A stretch of 64,000 bases of DNA from the human T2T-CHM13v2.0 reference genome, Homo sapiens. The stretch is taken from assembly GCF_009914755.1 (NCBI RefSeq), contig NC_060942.1; one strand, given 5' to 3'. The notes under the pieces are model-generated. The model did no database searches. It was not told the DNA's origin and saw nothing but the letters and a program-made list of their open reading frames with translations. Position numbers and translations under genes: made by a program. Positions 48,806 through 64,000 of the stretch are shown in pieces; the stretch's first letter is position 1; each line of letters begins with the position of its first letter.

Positions 48806-48900
48806 AAAAAATGTGAGTTCTAGCTCAATAAAGCTGTTAAAATAAATAGTTGCTAATGGTTTTGGATTTTGAGTTCAAGGATGTAAAAATTAATAAAACG

Positions 48901-48955
48901 AGGAGGGAGGGGAAGGGAGGGGAGGGAAGGGAAGGGAAGCGAAGGGAAGGGAAGA
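48901..48955. repeat. (GGAAG/GGGAG)n purine repeat
   Basis: Seen directly. Confidence 0.9.
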
Positions 48956-49425
48956 AACCAAGTGGAGGAGCTCATGCAATCCAAATTCAAACAATCCACA
49001 ATGTAGAGTAGAGTGCGGAGTGAAAACAGAAGTGGCTCAACCAATACTACAGTGGTGATTATGAGAGTGTGCTGGTAACTATTTAAGACTGTCTCTTGAA
49101 AACATACATAATACATAAGGTTATAAACAGTACTGATATAAAAGATGTGTAACATATAATTTATAAATAATAAAATATGTAATAACTCTTACTATAAACT
49201 TCATATAAGTGACCAATTCTCACAGAATACTTTCATTGATTTTTGCTGAACCCTTGTATATCTAGCCAACCTATGGTTTTGATTGAACTATGATATGGCA
49301 AATAAAACTCCATACAACTTTTGAATACTTTTCTCAATATTTTTTTGTAATTGATTTGGTATGTGATTTACTGTTAAATTATTTCTCACTCTTATACAAA
49401 TTTTATTCATTAAACTGAAACTTCT

Positions 49426-49727
49426 GGCCTGGAGAGTTGGCTCAAGCCTGTAATCCTAGCACTTTGGGAGGCCGAGGCGGGTGGATCACTTGAGGTCAGC
49501 AGTTCGAGACCAGCCTGGCCAACATGGAAAGGCTGTTTCTGCTAAAGATACAAAAATTAGCCAGGTGTGGTGGCACGCACCTGTAATCCCAGCTACTCAG
49601 GAGGCTGAAGCAGGAGAATTGCTTGAACCTAGGGAGTGGAGGTTGCAGTGAGCCAAGATTGCACCACTTCACTCCAGCCTGGGCAAAAGAGCAAAACTCC
49701 ATCTCAAAAAAAAAAAAAAAAAAAAAA
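49426..49727 (+). mobile_element. AluS element with TSD
   Basis: Flanked by duplicated 'ctgaaacttct'. Confidence 0.95.
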
Positions 49728-49774
49728 CCTGAAACTTCTTTCAGCTCTACTAAGACAATGGACAAAATCATAAA

Positions 49775-50155
49775 TCTGTCCTGACTTATGTCATTTGCTA
49801 ATTTCTATGTTGTATAAATACTTCTATCATTGCTTCTTTCAAGCTACCAGTGGGAAATCACTGAACGTGAAGTTGAAAAGAGAATCACAATAATCCTCCA
49901 TTATATGGTATTTTCACCATAATGATACTATAAACCAGATGAACCACCTCAAGAGTATAGACAATACTACACTATATAAAAATAATTATTCATGACGAGT
50001 TTTGAGCACATATTCCCTTTTAATATTAATTACTTAATAAGTTTATATCATTCAACCTTTGGTAATTGCTGTGTTTCATAAATGGATTGCAAAATTTCCA
50101 AAAAGTTACCTGTTAGCTCTCATGAGTTAGTACAATCCAGCTCCAGGATATCAAC
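49775..50155 (-). mobile_element. MER63-like hAT element
   Basis: 'tttcaagctacca...tcactgaacgtgaagttg', 'acctcaagagtataga', and end 'gctctcatgagttagtacaatccagctccag'. Confidence 0.7.
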
Positions 50156-52109
50156 ATTTTTATGTCATTCAAGATGAGTAAATGACAGATTCACTGAATT
50201 CAGTGACGATTTTATAGACTAGTTCCTGTGGTCAACTATTGACATAAAAAGCTTCAAAGAACAAGAACTCAAAAAACTAACTCATCTAATGTGACACCTC
50301 AGGGTGCTATGAAAAACATAGCTACTACTGAAAAAACTTTACATTAAAGCTAATTTGATAGCAAAACTAACCAAATTTGTAAATCGAGTTAGTGATAGCA
50401 AGTCTGTGCTCAACAAAATGATGGGTTTATTTAAAGTTTTGTTGTATTATATTAACACACTGAAATGATTGAAGGAAAGAAAAGTTAGGCTAAAAACGAG
50501 TTACCCCTTATTTAACTTTACGTTTTCTCACTAATTGCCAATTGGTAAGATAATATACATGCATATAAAAATTTAATGCAATTGTATGAAGTTGTCAAAT
50601 GAGAGACACTATGCTTAGAGATACTTTTTTATTACGATAAAATCAAAGTGCCCTTTACGTTAAAAGGCTGACATGCAGTTCTCCATGACTCTTCTCCTTA
50701 TAGGATCTACTTGGAATATGCTTTTTCTGAGTTTCAAATTCAACTTCTTTTTAAATTCTGGACTTTCACCAGTATGAGGAAAACAGACAGGAAGAAATGA
50801 TGCAGAAATAACCATTATGGAGTAGATCACTGTCCTGAACTTCTTCCTAACTCCTATTCTCCACAGGCCACTGTATCTGCTTTGGAGGTAATTTGGCAAG
50901 ATATTGACAGACAAGAACACTGTTATATTGCTCAATTATACTAGTCAGATTGAAACAGGATAGTTTGCATGCATTTTCCAATTAATTAAAAATAATATTT
51001 GAAAGTCAAAATTTTGATATATCAAACATATACTGAAAGGTTTTTATGGAAATTGTAATAGAGAATTCAAACTAAGGTCAATATAGCAATTTTACCTTCT
51101 AGGACTCAATGAATGAAAATAGTTATTACCTTTTCTAGTCTTAAGTATTATCAATCAGATATTCTAATGGGCAAAATCATCATTATAAAGTAGCTCATGT
51201 AATTGATAGCAATTTTAGTAAAACATTTACAAATAAAAGCAGTATGATTTAAACTTCCTAATTTATAAACAACAAATAAAAGAATGACATAATATAAAAG
51301 AGGAGATAATAAAATAAATATAAATTTCTAGCATTCAATTTTCAAGAGTCCTAAACTCAAGAATTTATAGAGATCATCTGTAAATAATCTAATTTTCACA
51401 AATAGTATGTTTATAACTCTAAGAATTTTTAATATGCAGCATTCCTTGACATCTTCTCATGTATTTGAGTTACTATTTTTAAAAAGGAAAAGAAAAACAT
51501 AAGAATTTTAAATGAACATTATCTCGGGGAAAAGAAACAACAGTACTAAGTAACAGTAGCATAAAAGAAAAACTAACTCAATTTTTAACTTGAAATACTT
51601 CAAAAAATTTGTTTCTGTGAAAAGCAAACATATACAAAAATTATTAATTTTATACCAGCAATTCATTTGCAAAAGCAGATAAAATTTACATCTACTCTTT
51701 CCAAAATTAATGATTTACCCAAGAAAACAACACTGAATTCCAAGTTTTTGTTTCTTCAGTGAGACTACATATATATTTATATAAAATACTCACAGTTATT
51801 TACATAGAATATTCATCTTCTTTCTAGCACAAAAAGTCCATGTTACTAGTTGGCCAATCCCCATGCGAAAAGAAGACTAGAAAAACACTGCTTGGCCATA
51901 TGTGCAGATGCTGGCTAAGTGAGCTTTACTTGTTGGATATTGTCTTCCAAGGGACTTTCCATTGCATCCCTTACACTTGCTGTTGCTTCCCTTAAAATGC
52001 AAGTAATTTTCAAATTTGAGGTACTGACTAGCCATTTATTCAGGCTGCATGTTTCTCTGCTTTGTCATTATTTCACTGCTCTAGTGCCTATTAAACAGTT
52101 TATATAGTA

Positions 52110-54778
<2,669 letters not shown>

Positions 54779-55799
54779 CAAAAATATATACAAACTATTT
54801 TTTCCTTGAGAAATGAATTATTTAATATAAATATAGGGTTCCTCTGAAGATTTAATCATTTGAGCTATCTTTTTTAGTTATTGTGGCTAATTCAGTGTTT
54901 GACTGCAATTGAGAAGTACAATTACATCTTCCTGCATTTTCCCTTAATTATTAGGCATAATCATTGTGTGATAGAGCAGTAAATTCCTTTTCATAGCTTT
55001 GGGGATAGGATGCAGAGCAAAGAAAATAAAAATTAGGTTGAGACATGCTAATATTCATAGTGATTTTAATGATTAAAAATAGGTCAAAATATTTCTGGTG
55101 TCCATAGCCAACAATCTGTAATACATGAGTATATTGGAAAGAAATGCCAAAAGAATAAAAATCTTTAAAGCCTTCAGAGATAAGGGTCAATCTTGTGAAT
55201 AATAATCCCAGAAAATAAAAGGACTTTTATTTTGGGAAAATTCTGGGACTAGTAACTTTGTTAGGGTGCACGTGGCCACAAAGTAAGAATTTTTAACCTA
55301 AATACAAGGGAAAGGATTTGAAGCCTAGAAAGAAAGATTATTCTTTCACTACTAAATTAATCAGAATAGCTATGATAGTGTTTTAATAGGAAGTAAACAT
55401 GAAGATTTAGCAAGTAAGATCTGTGAGAGAGATATCAAAACTTTGTTATCATCATACCCTATGTTTTTATTGATGAATAATATCCCATTGCATGATGAAG
55501 CCATAATTTGTCTTTCTATTCTCCAGTTGATGACCATCTAGGTTGATTCCAGTGTGGCACCCTTTGGAGAAAGCTACTATTTTATTTTAACTTGTCTGTT
55601 CACTATATGACACTCTACACAATGAACTCATTAAGAGAAAATGCTTAGTGATCATTATTTTGAAAATGGAATACCTAGAATTGTCCCTGGTATATAGTAC
55701 GTAATCAGCAAATATTCAATTGAAGTAGAATTTATACCTCTATAACCTGGTTTATTTGAAGAATTTCCTTGCTGAAAGTTAGTTAATGCTGTAGGTACT

Positions 55800-56010
55800 G
55801 GGAGGTGATACCACATTATGTCCCTTTGAGGCAGACTATCGTATTCCTCTATTTACTACCTAAGTTGCCTTGGGGAATTTTCTTACATTTCCCTGGGCCT
55901 TGGTTTTCTCATCTAAAATATGATGATAATTATATAATATATCTGTTTAATTTATGATTAATTGAATTTTGCCCAGAATTTAATAAGTACTCAACAAATG
56001 TTAGTTATCT
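55800..56010 (+). mobile_element. MIR remnant
   Basis: 'ccttggggaattttcttacatttccctgggccttggttttctcatctaaaatatga...tactcaacaaatgttagtta'. Confidence 0.6.
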
Positions 56011-56084
56011 GTAAGTGTTAGTTACCCTTCAAATATATGACTAAGCCTATTACATGAAGAAAATGTTGAGAATAGTGCCCTCAA

Positions 56085-57705
56085 AAAATGTGGAAGGAAA
56101 TTTAAAGGCACCAAGTATAGCCAACACAATATTAAAGGAGAAGAATAAAGTCATAGGACTAACACTACTCAATTTCAAGGCTTACTATAAAGCTGTGGTA
56201 ATCAAGACAGTATGTATTGGCAACAGAACAAACGAGTATCAGTAGGATAGAATAGAGAGCCCAAAAATAGACCTACATAAATATAGTCAACTGATCTTTG
56301 ACAAAGGAGCAACAGCAATACAATGAAGAAAAGATAGTTTTAACAAACATTGCAGAACAGCTGGATATGCACGTGTGGAAAAAAGGAGTCTAGACACAGA
56401 ACTTACATTGTTCAAAAAGAAAACTGAAAATGAATCCTAGACTAAATGTTAAATACAAAAAATATATACAACTTTTGTCCTAGAAGATAAAATAAGAGAA
56501 AATCTACATGACTTGGGCATGGATATGACTACTTTTTAGATACAACACCAAAGTCATGATCCATGAATGAAAGAATTGATAAGCTAGACTTCATTATAAT
56601 TCAAAACTTCTGATCATGAAAGACATAGTCAAGAGAGGGAGAAGACAAGCAACAGACTGGAAGAAGACAAGCCACAGACTGGAAGAAAATCTGATAAAGG
56701 ACTGTTATCTGAAATATACAAATAACTCATAAAATTCAACAATAGGAAAACAAACAAACTGATTTTAAAATGTACAAAAGATCTGAACAGACACCTCACC
56801 AAAGAAGATGCTCGACATCACATGCCACTCAGAAAATGCAAATTAAAAGAATGAGATACCACTACATAACTATTAGAAAGGCCAAAATTCAAAACACTAA
56901 CACCACCAAAAGCTGGTGAGGATATGGAGCAAAAAGAACGTTAATTGTGCATAGGATTGCAAAACTTTATAGCACTTTGGAAGAAAGTTTGGCACTTTCT
57001 GATAAAACTAAACATACTCTTGTCATATGATCCACCAAACATCTACCTTTGTATTTACCCAAAGAGGTTGAAAACTTAAGTCTACAAGAACACCTACACA
57101 CAGATGTTTATAGCAGCTTTATTTATAATTGCCAAAATTTGGAAGCAAACAAGATGTCCTTCAGTAGGTGAGTGAATAAACTGGTGCACCCAGACAATGA
57201 AATATTTCTTAGCACTAAAAAATGAACTATCAAGCCATGAAAATACATGAAAGAATCTTAAATGCATATTATCGAGTGATAGAAGCCAATCTGAAAGGTC
57301 TAAATACTATATGGTTCCAAATATCTGACCTTCTGGAAGAAGGCAAAACTAAGGAGACAGTAAAAAGATCAGTGGTTGCCAGGGCTTATGGGAAGGGGGG
57401 GATTAATAGACAAAGCACAACATATATTTAGGGCAGTGAAACTATTCTGTATGACACTATATGGGTAGATACATGTCATTATACATCTTTTTCCAAACTC
57501 ATGGAATGTACAAAACCAAGATTAACCCTAATGTAAACTTTGGATTTTAATGATATGCCAATGTAGTTTCATTGATTGTAACCAATGTACCACTTTGGTG
57601 CAGGATGTTGATAGCAGGGGTGCTTATGAGCTTGTGAGGGCAGGGGATACCTGGAAACTCTGTACTTTTGCTCAGTATTGCTGTAAACCTGAAGTCTATT
57701 TAAAA
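56085..57705 (+). mobile_element. L1MC-like 3' portion
   Basis: ORF2 C-terminal homology ([18 protein letters not shown]) and L1MC-type 3' UTR 'aaccctaatgtaaac...aatgtaccactttggtgcaggatgttgatag'. Confidence 0.8.
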
Positions 57706-59234
57706 TGAGAGGGGGAAAAGGATATACTCTTTGGAGGAGTGAAAGCCTTGCTGTCCTGTGCGGCAACAGAGGAAAGTTATTCTAGTGGACCGACAACCAG
57801 CTCAAGGAATTTTTTGTAAACTATGCTTGATCAATTTGAAAAAATGAAAAATTCACATTAAATTAAAATATAATAACGAAATCTTTGTATCCCTTTTTAG
57901 TGCATGTATCATTAACTTTTTTTTCAAAACAATTCATATTGAAAAATAAAAATCTGCCAAGGATAGGAAATGAAACATTAACTTATTTTAATGTTATTTT
58001 TAAAAAGAAAGAAATCTTCCATTATAAAACAACTAGAAAGAATGACTAATAAGCATAGTTTAAAATGCAGAGTTGATAAAGTCAGGTAAATTTCTAGGGT
58101 CATGTGAGCAATGGGCCACAAGACTTGAAACAGAAATGTTCATGTAAAAATAGGACTCTTAAAAAAATGTCCACATGCAGTGAATGAATGAACTACTTGT
58201 AAATAGACATGACCAGGTGATGTGTCTTAGGTTTATTTGGCTCTTGGTTTGAAAACAAAATAGTCTAATCTTTTGGGAAAACAATGGAGGAAAATTAATA
58301 GAGCTATGAGACCTCAGATTTAAGAAACACAGTGAATCCTACACAGGATAATTTTGTTTGCAAAAATTCACTCTTGCATACATTACTATGTATAAAACTG
58401 CAGATAACCACAAACTGATTATATTAAAAGAAAAAACAGCCAGAAAGATGAGACAGATCACCCTTATGGAACAAGAGTTTGTCCGACAGCAAACCTCTCA
58501 ATAGTCACCAAGTGAGAAGGCAATACAATAATAGCTTCACGACTCTGAGGGCAAATGCTGAAAAATATAGATTTATATAATCAGAAAAATTATCGTGCAA
58601 GAAAGAGGGTTTTCTTCTGGCAAACACACCAAAAACATTTACCACCCTAATGAAGGGACTTAAAGGAAGTACTTAGACAAAAGAAAATTGCTAGAAGATA
58701 ATTGAAAGGGAATACTAAAAATAGAAGTGCAATTTATTTTTAATAACTTAGAGACTTTTAGCAATTTTTCCCCAAATCACATTGTAATAGATAAGTCATA
58801 TTCTTAAGTAATCAATAGTCAGGAACTATTATTACCAATTTTTAAGAAGAAAGAGAAGCATGGGACAGTTAAAATAAATTTGCCAAAATTAAGAGTTAGT
58901 TTTGCTCTTATGTGTAGGAAACAACGGGGTTGTTTCCAGTTGTTTCTATTAAAGGTAATGCTGCTATAAATATTTTCGTTATATTTTTCATATACCCATG
59001 TACTCATTTCTTTTCGATACATCACTAGGAGCAGAATTACTTGGTCATAAGGTATATTTATATTAACATTACACTATTTCCAATATTTATAAAATAATAA
59101 CAAATCTCTAGAAGGCTCGAATCATGAAATGATTGTCTCTTAAATGTCCTTAATTCATATCCTCTTCCAATGTACATTGAGTTTCTTTGTTGTGCTATTG
59201 CTCAGTTCCATATCAATTATTTACATTAAAACTA

Positions 59235-59420
59235 TTAGGTGAAAATAATATTTGTTGAGTGCTTAATATGTACTCCAGACTGCTAAACACTTTACAAGTA
59301 TTAACTCCTTTAGTGTTCATAATAATTATCTATTATTCCCATTTCACAGGTAACGAAGCTGAGACTCAAATAAATGAATACATTCCCCATGGTCAGATAT
59401 CTAAGAAATGGAAAGCACTG
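59235..59420 (-). mobile_element. MIR remnant
   Basis: 'tgagtgcttaatatgt...tgctaaacactttaca...cccatttcacaggtaacgaagctgagactca'. Confidence 0.7.
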
Positions 59421-59544
59421 CAAGATATAAATCAGTGAATATGGCACTTCTTGGAGATCATTTCAGTAGGTCAGGTCATCTCTGGAAAGAGTGATTAGCC
59501 AAATCAATGCACAGAGACACATATGAATTGCAATATTTATAACA

Positions 59545-59910
59545 AACTGTGTTAAGACAGAGACTATATTGTAATAAAGGAACCTCAAAATATTATAGCT
59601 TAAATAAGACAGAAATTAATTTCTCTTTCATCTAACAGTCCAGTGATCCACAGCCAGCATGGTAGCTCTGCCATCTAGAACATGTGGTTGCCAAGGTTTC
59701 CCAGACATTGCTATTTCCCAGCAGGAAGTAAAAGTGAAAGTAACATACAGGAAGTAAATCGGACCCATTACTTCTGCTATGAATAACTGGCCCAAACTTA
59801 ATCACACAGCCATATGTAGAGCTGAGGCAGGCTAGAAAATGTAGTCAGAAGATTGGCCAAAAGGAGTCAGACATGTGTCCAGCTAACATTCAGAGGATTC
59901 CATTACTAAA
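59545..59910 (-). mobile_element. Old MLT1 (J/K/L-like) LTR remnant
   Basis: 'gcttaaataagacagaaattaatttctct', 'cttaatcacacagcc...ggctagaaaatgtagtc'. Confidence 0.6.
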
Positions 59911-60069
59911 AGGATGAAAACAATGAATATGAAGAAAAATTCATTTACTAGTCAAATCTGTTGAAAACGTAAGACACATGCAAAGATGTAAGAGGAAACA
60001 GCCAGAAAACAGGTTAAAATCCAACAGGCAGAGGCTGAAGACAGTGACTTAATACAGTAGTTAATGACA

Positions 60070-60900
60070 AGTCTTTAAAAAAATAATTGAAATATAACTA
60101 AGACAAAATGCACAAAATATAAGTATAAAGTTTAATGAATGTACACATTAAACACTTCCACATACGGATCACCAAGTTCCAGAAATAGAAGAGTAGCAGC
60201 ACCCCTACAAGCTCCCTTTGACTGTTTTTTAATCACTAATCTTGCTTATCTCCCCAGAGATAGCTACTACCTTAGCTTCTCAACATAGACTCGTGTTGCC
60301 TATTTTGTTATGTCATTATGTTTGTGGGATTCATACATGCTGTAGTGTGTAGAAGTACTTTTTTTATTGTTGCATAGTATTGCATAGTAAAATATGCAAT
60401 AAGTTATTTAACAATTTTTTTCAGGAAAAACATTAGAGTCATTTATGTTTTTTAACTATTAGAAATAATACTGCTATAACGGTTTCATTCGTGTTTTTTT
60501 TGTGCACCCATCACTCATGTCATATACTATTGCTATATATATATATATCTTTGTAAAATGTGCTAAATAGTTTTTCCCAAGTGGGTGTGTTAACTAAATG
60601 TCTCTCTAGCAGTATACTAACATTCTGATTGCTCAACATTCTCACAAACTCTTTGGAATGGCATTCTCTTTCATTGTTGTCATTCTGATACATGTGTGGA
60701 TAGTGGTTTTAATTTTAATTTCTCTGATGACTACTGAGGTTGTGGATCCTTTCTTACATTTATTAGTTATTTAGACGCCCTCTTTTGTTGAATATCTCTC
60801 TTAGTCACTTGCCCAATATTTTATTGGCTGGTCTCCCTTTTTCTTATAGTTCTCTATAAAGTCTGAATACGAATCTTTTGCCAATTTGTAACTTTCTTCT
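60070..60900 (-). mobile_element. L1ME-like fragment
   Basis: 'tatgtttgtgggattcatacatgctgt', 'gtggttttaattttaatttctctgatgactactgaggttg'. Confidence 0.65.
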
Positions 60901-61270
60901 TAGTAAAGAGTTTTTGAATTTTTGAATGAAAGGATGACAAGAGTAGCTCCATACTTCGAAAAAATAAATCTGCCACAAATACGTGAAAGTTGGTCAGAGA
61001 GATGTTAAAAATGTAACATATATATATATATTTGAAAAATATGAGAATCTAATTTAGACAGAGGAAAACAACAATGAAAAGAAAGAAAAATGTTGAAAGG
61101 TATATTTTATAAAGAATCACTGATTTATTCAATAAATCAGAGAAACCTTGATAACTGAGTTGGAAAATTATGAGATACAGACCATTCATGAAGGATACTA
61201 ATAACTTGATAAAACAAGGCAGTCAATATTGGCTTAGTTGTGAATGCAGGAAAACTGAAGTTTGGAATTA

Positions 61271-61598
61271 CAGTCATGCATTGCTTAATGAGGGGGATAT
61301 ATTCTGAGAAATGCACTGTTAGGTGATTTCCTTATCATGCAAACATCATAGAGTGTTCTTGCACAAACATAGATGGCATAGACTACTACACACCTAGGCT
61401 GCATGGTATATTGCTTCTAGGTTACAAACCTATACAGCATGTTACGGTACTGAATATTGTAGGTAATTTTAATACAGTGGGTATTTATATATTTAAATAT
61501 AGAAAAGGTATGTAAAATATAGTATTATCATCTTATGAGACCATCATCATATACACTACTCATCCTTGACCAAAACATTATTATGCAGGACAAGATTG
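61271..61598 (+). mobile_element. Tigger3a/MER7-type MITE with TA target duplication
   Basis: TA|cagtcatgcattgcttaatga ... ttatgcaggacaagattg|TA. Confidence 0.85.
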
Positions 61599-62064
61599 TA
61601 CTAAGGAGTGTTTCCTATTGAATTAGCAAGACATAAAGAAAATCACCAAGTAGTAGCAAGTCTCAACTTTTTCCAGCTTAAAGGTATTCTATTATTCTTG
61701 TCATGATTAAAAACTTCATATCCATTTTCTTTCTAATCACTGTAACAAGAAAAACAAAATGATTTAATGCAGGCTCAAAGAAAGCAAGATTAAGAAATCA
61801 GAAAGGAACAGAAAATGCTTTCCTATAGAAGGGTTTCCCCAAGAAGGGAGATTTGATGAGCAACTATTTTGGATGCCTGTTTGTCAGAATATTTCCCATT
61901 TCCTTCCATGCCAGACATGATGCCTTTCCTCTTCTGATTCTTAGTCTTACTAACAAGTTACAAGGAAAGGCTGCAGAACTTCCCGTGCATTATATTAAAA
62001 TGTTTACCAGAGTAAGATCTTACATCCTCTATCATTTTCCATCAGCAGCAACATCATAATCTAA

Positions 62065-62290
62065 AATTTACTGAGACTTGCCATATACTGTGTGTTATAT
62101 GCATTATTTAATCCCCATAATATCCTGTAAATAATTATTATTACTGTTATTCCTATTTTGTAGCTGGAGAAAATGAAACAGAAAGGTTAAACAATTTGCC
62201 CAAGTGACACTGCTAGTAAGTCATTGGAGCATGGCTATGAACCAAGGCAGCTTAACTCTGGAGCCTACTTTCTTAACTATTGTTCTCTAC
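62065..62290 (-). mobile_element. MIR remnant
   Basis: 'tttaatccccataa...gaaaatgaaacagaaaggttaaacaatttgcccaagtgacactgctagtaag'. Confidence 0.75.
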
Positions 62291-62479
62291 CTTCTCCTTG
62301 TCAGGTAACATGTAACTATCATTCAGTTAAGGTTCTAAAAGTATAAGAACCATAAAAATAGGATTTATCGGTAAGGACTTGGGATGTGGAAAGCTCCATA
62401 TGGCATGGAGTGCTCTAAGGACAGAAATGAGACTGACACACAATAGTGAGTGATAAAGACAAAAGATCACTGAAAATAC

Positions 62480-63170
62480 CTCACGTCTGTTCACTCGTCT
62501 CCCTCTCTACTTCCATACCACTGTCATCGCTGATCCGGAACACTTCCATTGTCATTAATATCCTCTCCACTTCCAAACTGTCACCATTCCAATTCATTCT
62601 CCACCCTACAGCCTAATGATCATCTATAAGTATGAAACAGTTCAGCCACTCTTAATAAAAACATTCAATGGCTTCCTGCTGCACATAGTATAAAATCCAA
62701 ATTCCTCATCATGGCCCACAGAGTCATACAAAATCTGTCCCCTGCCTCCTTCCCACACTCACTACACCCCACTGTCCCCTTCTCATCACGTATATTGGCT
62801 TTTACGTCATTTTCTTGAATACAGGAGGCCCTCCCCCACTGCAGGATCTTTGTGACTGCTATTATCTCTGCCTGACATGTTTTTTTTCTCCAGCAACTTA
62901 CATGTTTGGCTTCTTCTCATTCTTCATTTTGGTTTAACACATAAAACTTTTTTGGACCATCCTGTGTAGAGTACTCTTCTCAGCTCTTCTTTATCATATA
63001 ACACCTGGCTTATTTCTGTAGTAGAATTTACCAAAAGCTGGAATTATATTACTTGGTCATAAATACATTAATCTTTCTTTTCTACTAGAATTAAGCTTCA
63101 TGACACTGTCTGGCATATGGTAGATGCCAGTAAGAAAATTTCATTAGATAAATATATACCTCAATAAATG
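62480..63170 (+). mobile_element. L2 3' portion
   Basis: 'attcattctccaccctacagcc', 'ttcaatggcttcc', 'aaatccaaattcctcatcatggccc', 'tctggcatatggtagatgc'. Confidence 0.75.
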
Positions 63171-63199
63171 GCCCTCATGCTTCTGATCTTGTGTAAGTA

Positions 63200-63700
63200 G
63201 GGGCATAGGGTCATTAACTGAGATAGAAAATACAATAAGAAAATCAAATTTTGGATAGGAAAATAGTTCAGTGAGTCACAGGTTGAATTTGAGATGCCTG
63301 CAGGTAAGATATATAGAATTGTCCATGAAGTAGCTCAGAAAAAAGGTCTAGAGCTCAGAGAAAAGTTTGCACAAGATAACACAGATTTAGAAGACAAGAA
63401 AATAAGATGGCAGATAAAACAATTGATGTGGATGAAAAGGCCCAGGAAAATATGCAGAATGAAAAAAAAAAGCAGATCAAAATACAGTATCAAAAAAGGA
63501 AAAGAGAAAAGTAAAAAGACTGAGAAGGGACCTTCAAATAGGTCAGAGAGCACAAGAAGATGGGAAGAGATTATCAAGGAAAATGAGAAGTTAGATCAAG
63601 AGCGTCAAATTCTTATAAGAGGTTAAGTAGGATGACAAATGAAAGGGACCATTCGATTTGGTATTTAGGAATCCAGGTGACCTTTGGGAGAGGTAGGAAC
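63200..63700 (-). mobile_element. L2 fragment
   Basis: 'tcattaactgagatag', 'gttcagtg...gttgaatttgagatgcctg', 'attcgatttggtatttagg...ggtgaccttt'. Confidence 0.6.
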
Positions 63701-64000
63701 AGGGTAGATAGGACATTGAAGATAAACATGTTTCGAATTCATAGCTTTACCTAGGGCTTGCACTATATCAAAATCTCTTTTAGTGGCTTTGAAAACACCA
63801 TGACACAGAAAGTGTGACAAAATGAAATTATTAAGTATCCCACCTATCAGCTTTAAAAAAAAGAAATAGTTATCTTGCATTGTTGGGATTTTCTAAAGAG
63901 GTAGTATCAAAGTCAGCTGAAAAGGCTTGTCTATTCAAACTTGCAGAACTATGTAAGGAAACTCATGATTATCAGTAGCAAAAGCTACCGGGGTGCTTTC

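Noticed and set aside
63294-63626. 110-aa lysine-rich ORF
   Set aside because: Lies in a purine-rich degraded L2; compositional artefact.

Overview
Primate (human-like) genomic DNA, AT-rich and repeat-dense, lying inside the NOL4 (nucleolar protein 4) gene on the minus strand. Three coding exons were read directly with canonical AG/GT boundaries and matching phases: 35863-35714 (150 nt), 11007-10896 (112 nt) and 10006-9894 (113 nt). Only the first appears in the ORF track. The rest is intron, filled with Alu, L1, L2, MIR, MaLR/ERV1 LTRs, DNA-transposon remnants and microsatellites; nearly all listed ORFs are repeat-derived or chance. I found no convincing novel biological system. The most interesting signals are: (1) an integrase-type HHCC zinc-finger motif assembled across two NOL4 exons; (2) one L1PA insertion with both a twin-priming inversion and a probable 3' transduction carrying a MER2 end; (3) a rare dinucleotide variant shared by two inverted neighbouring L1s, suggesting gene conversion; (4) stop-free, frame-preserving exon blocks flanked by inverted Alus, which are circRNA candidates; (5) tandem CTCF-like motifs. 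Gene and repeat subfamily names come from recalled sequences, not from searches, and old-repeat boundaries are approximate.
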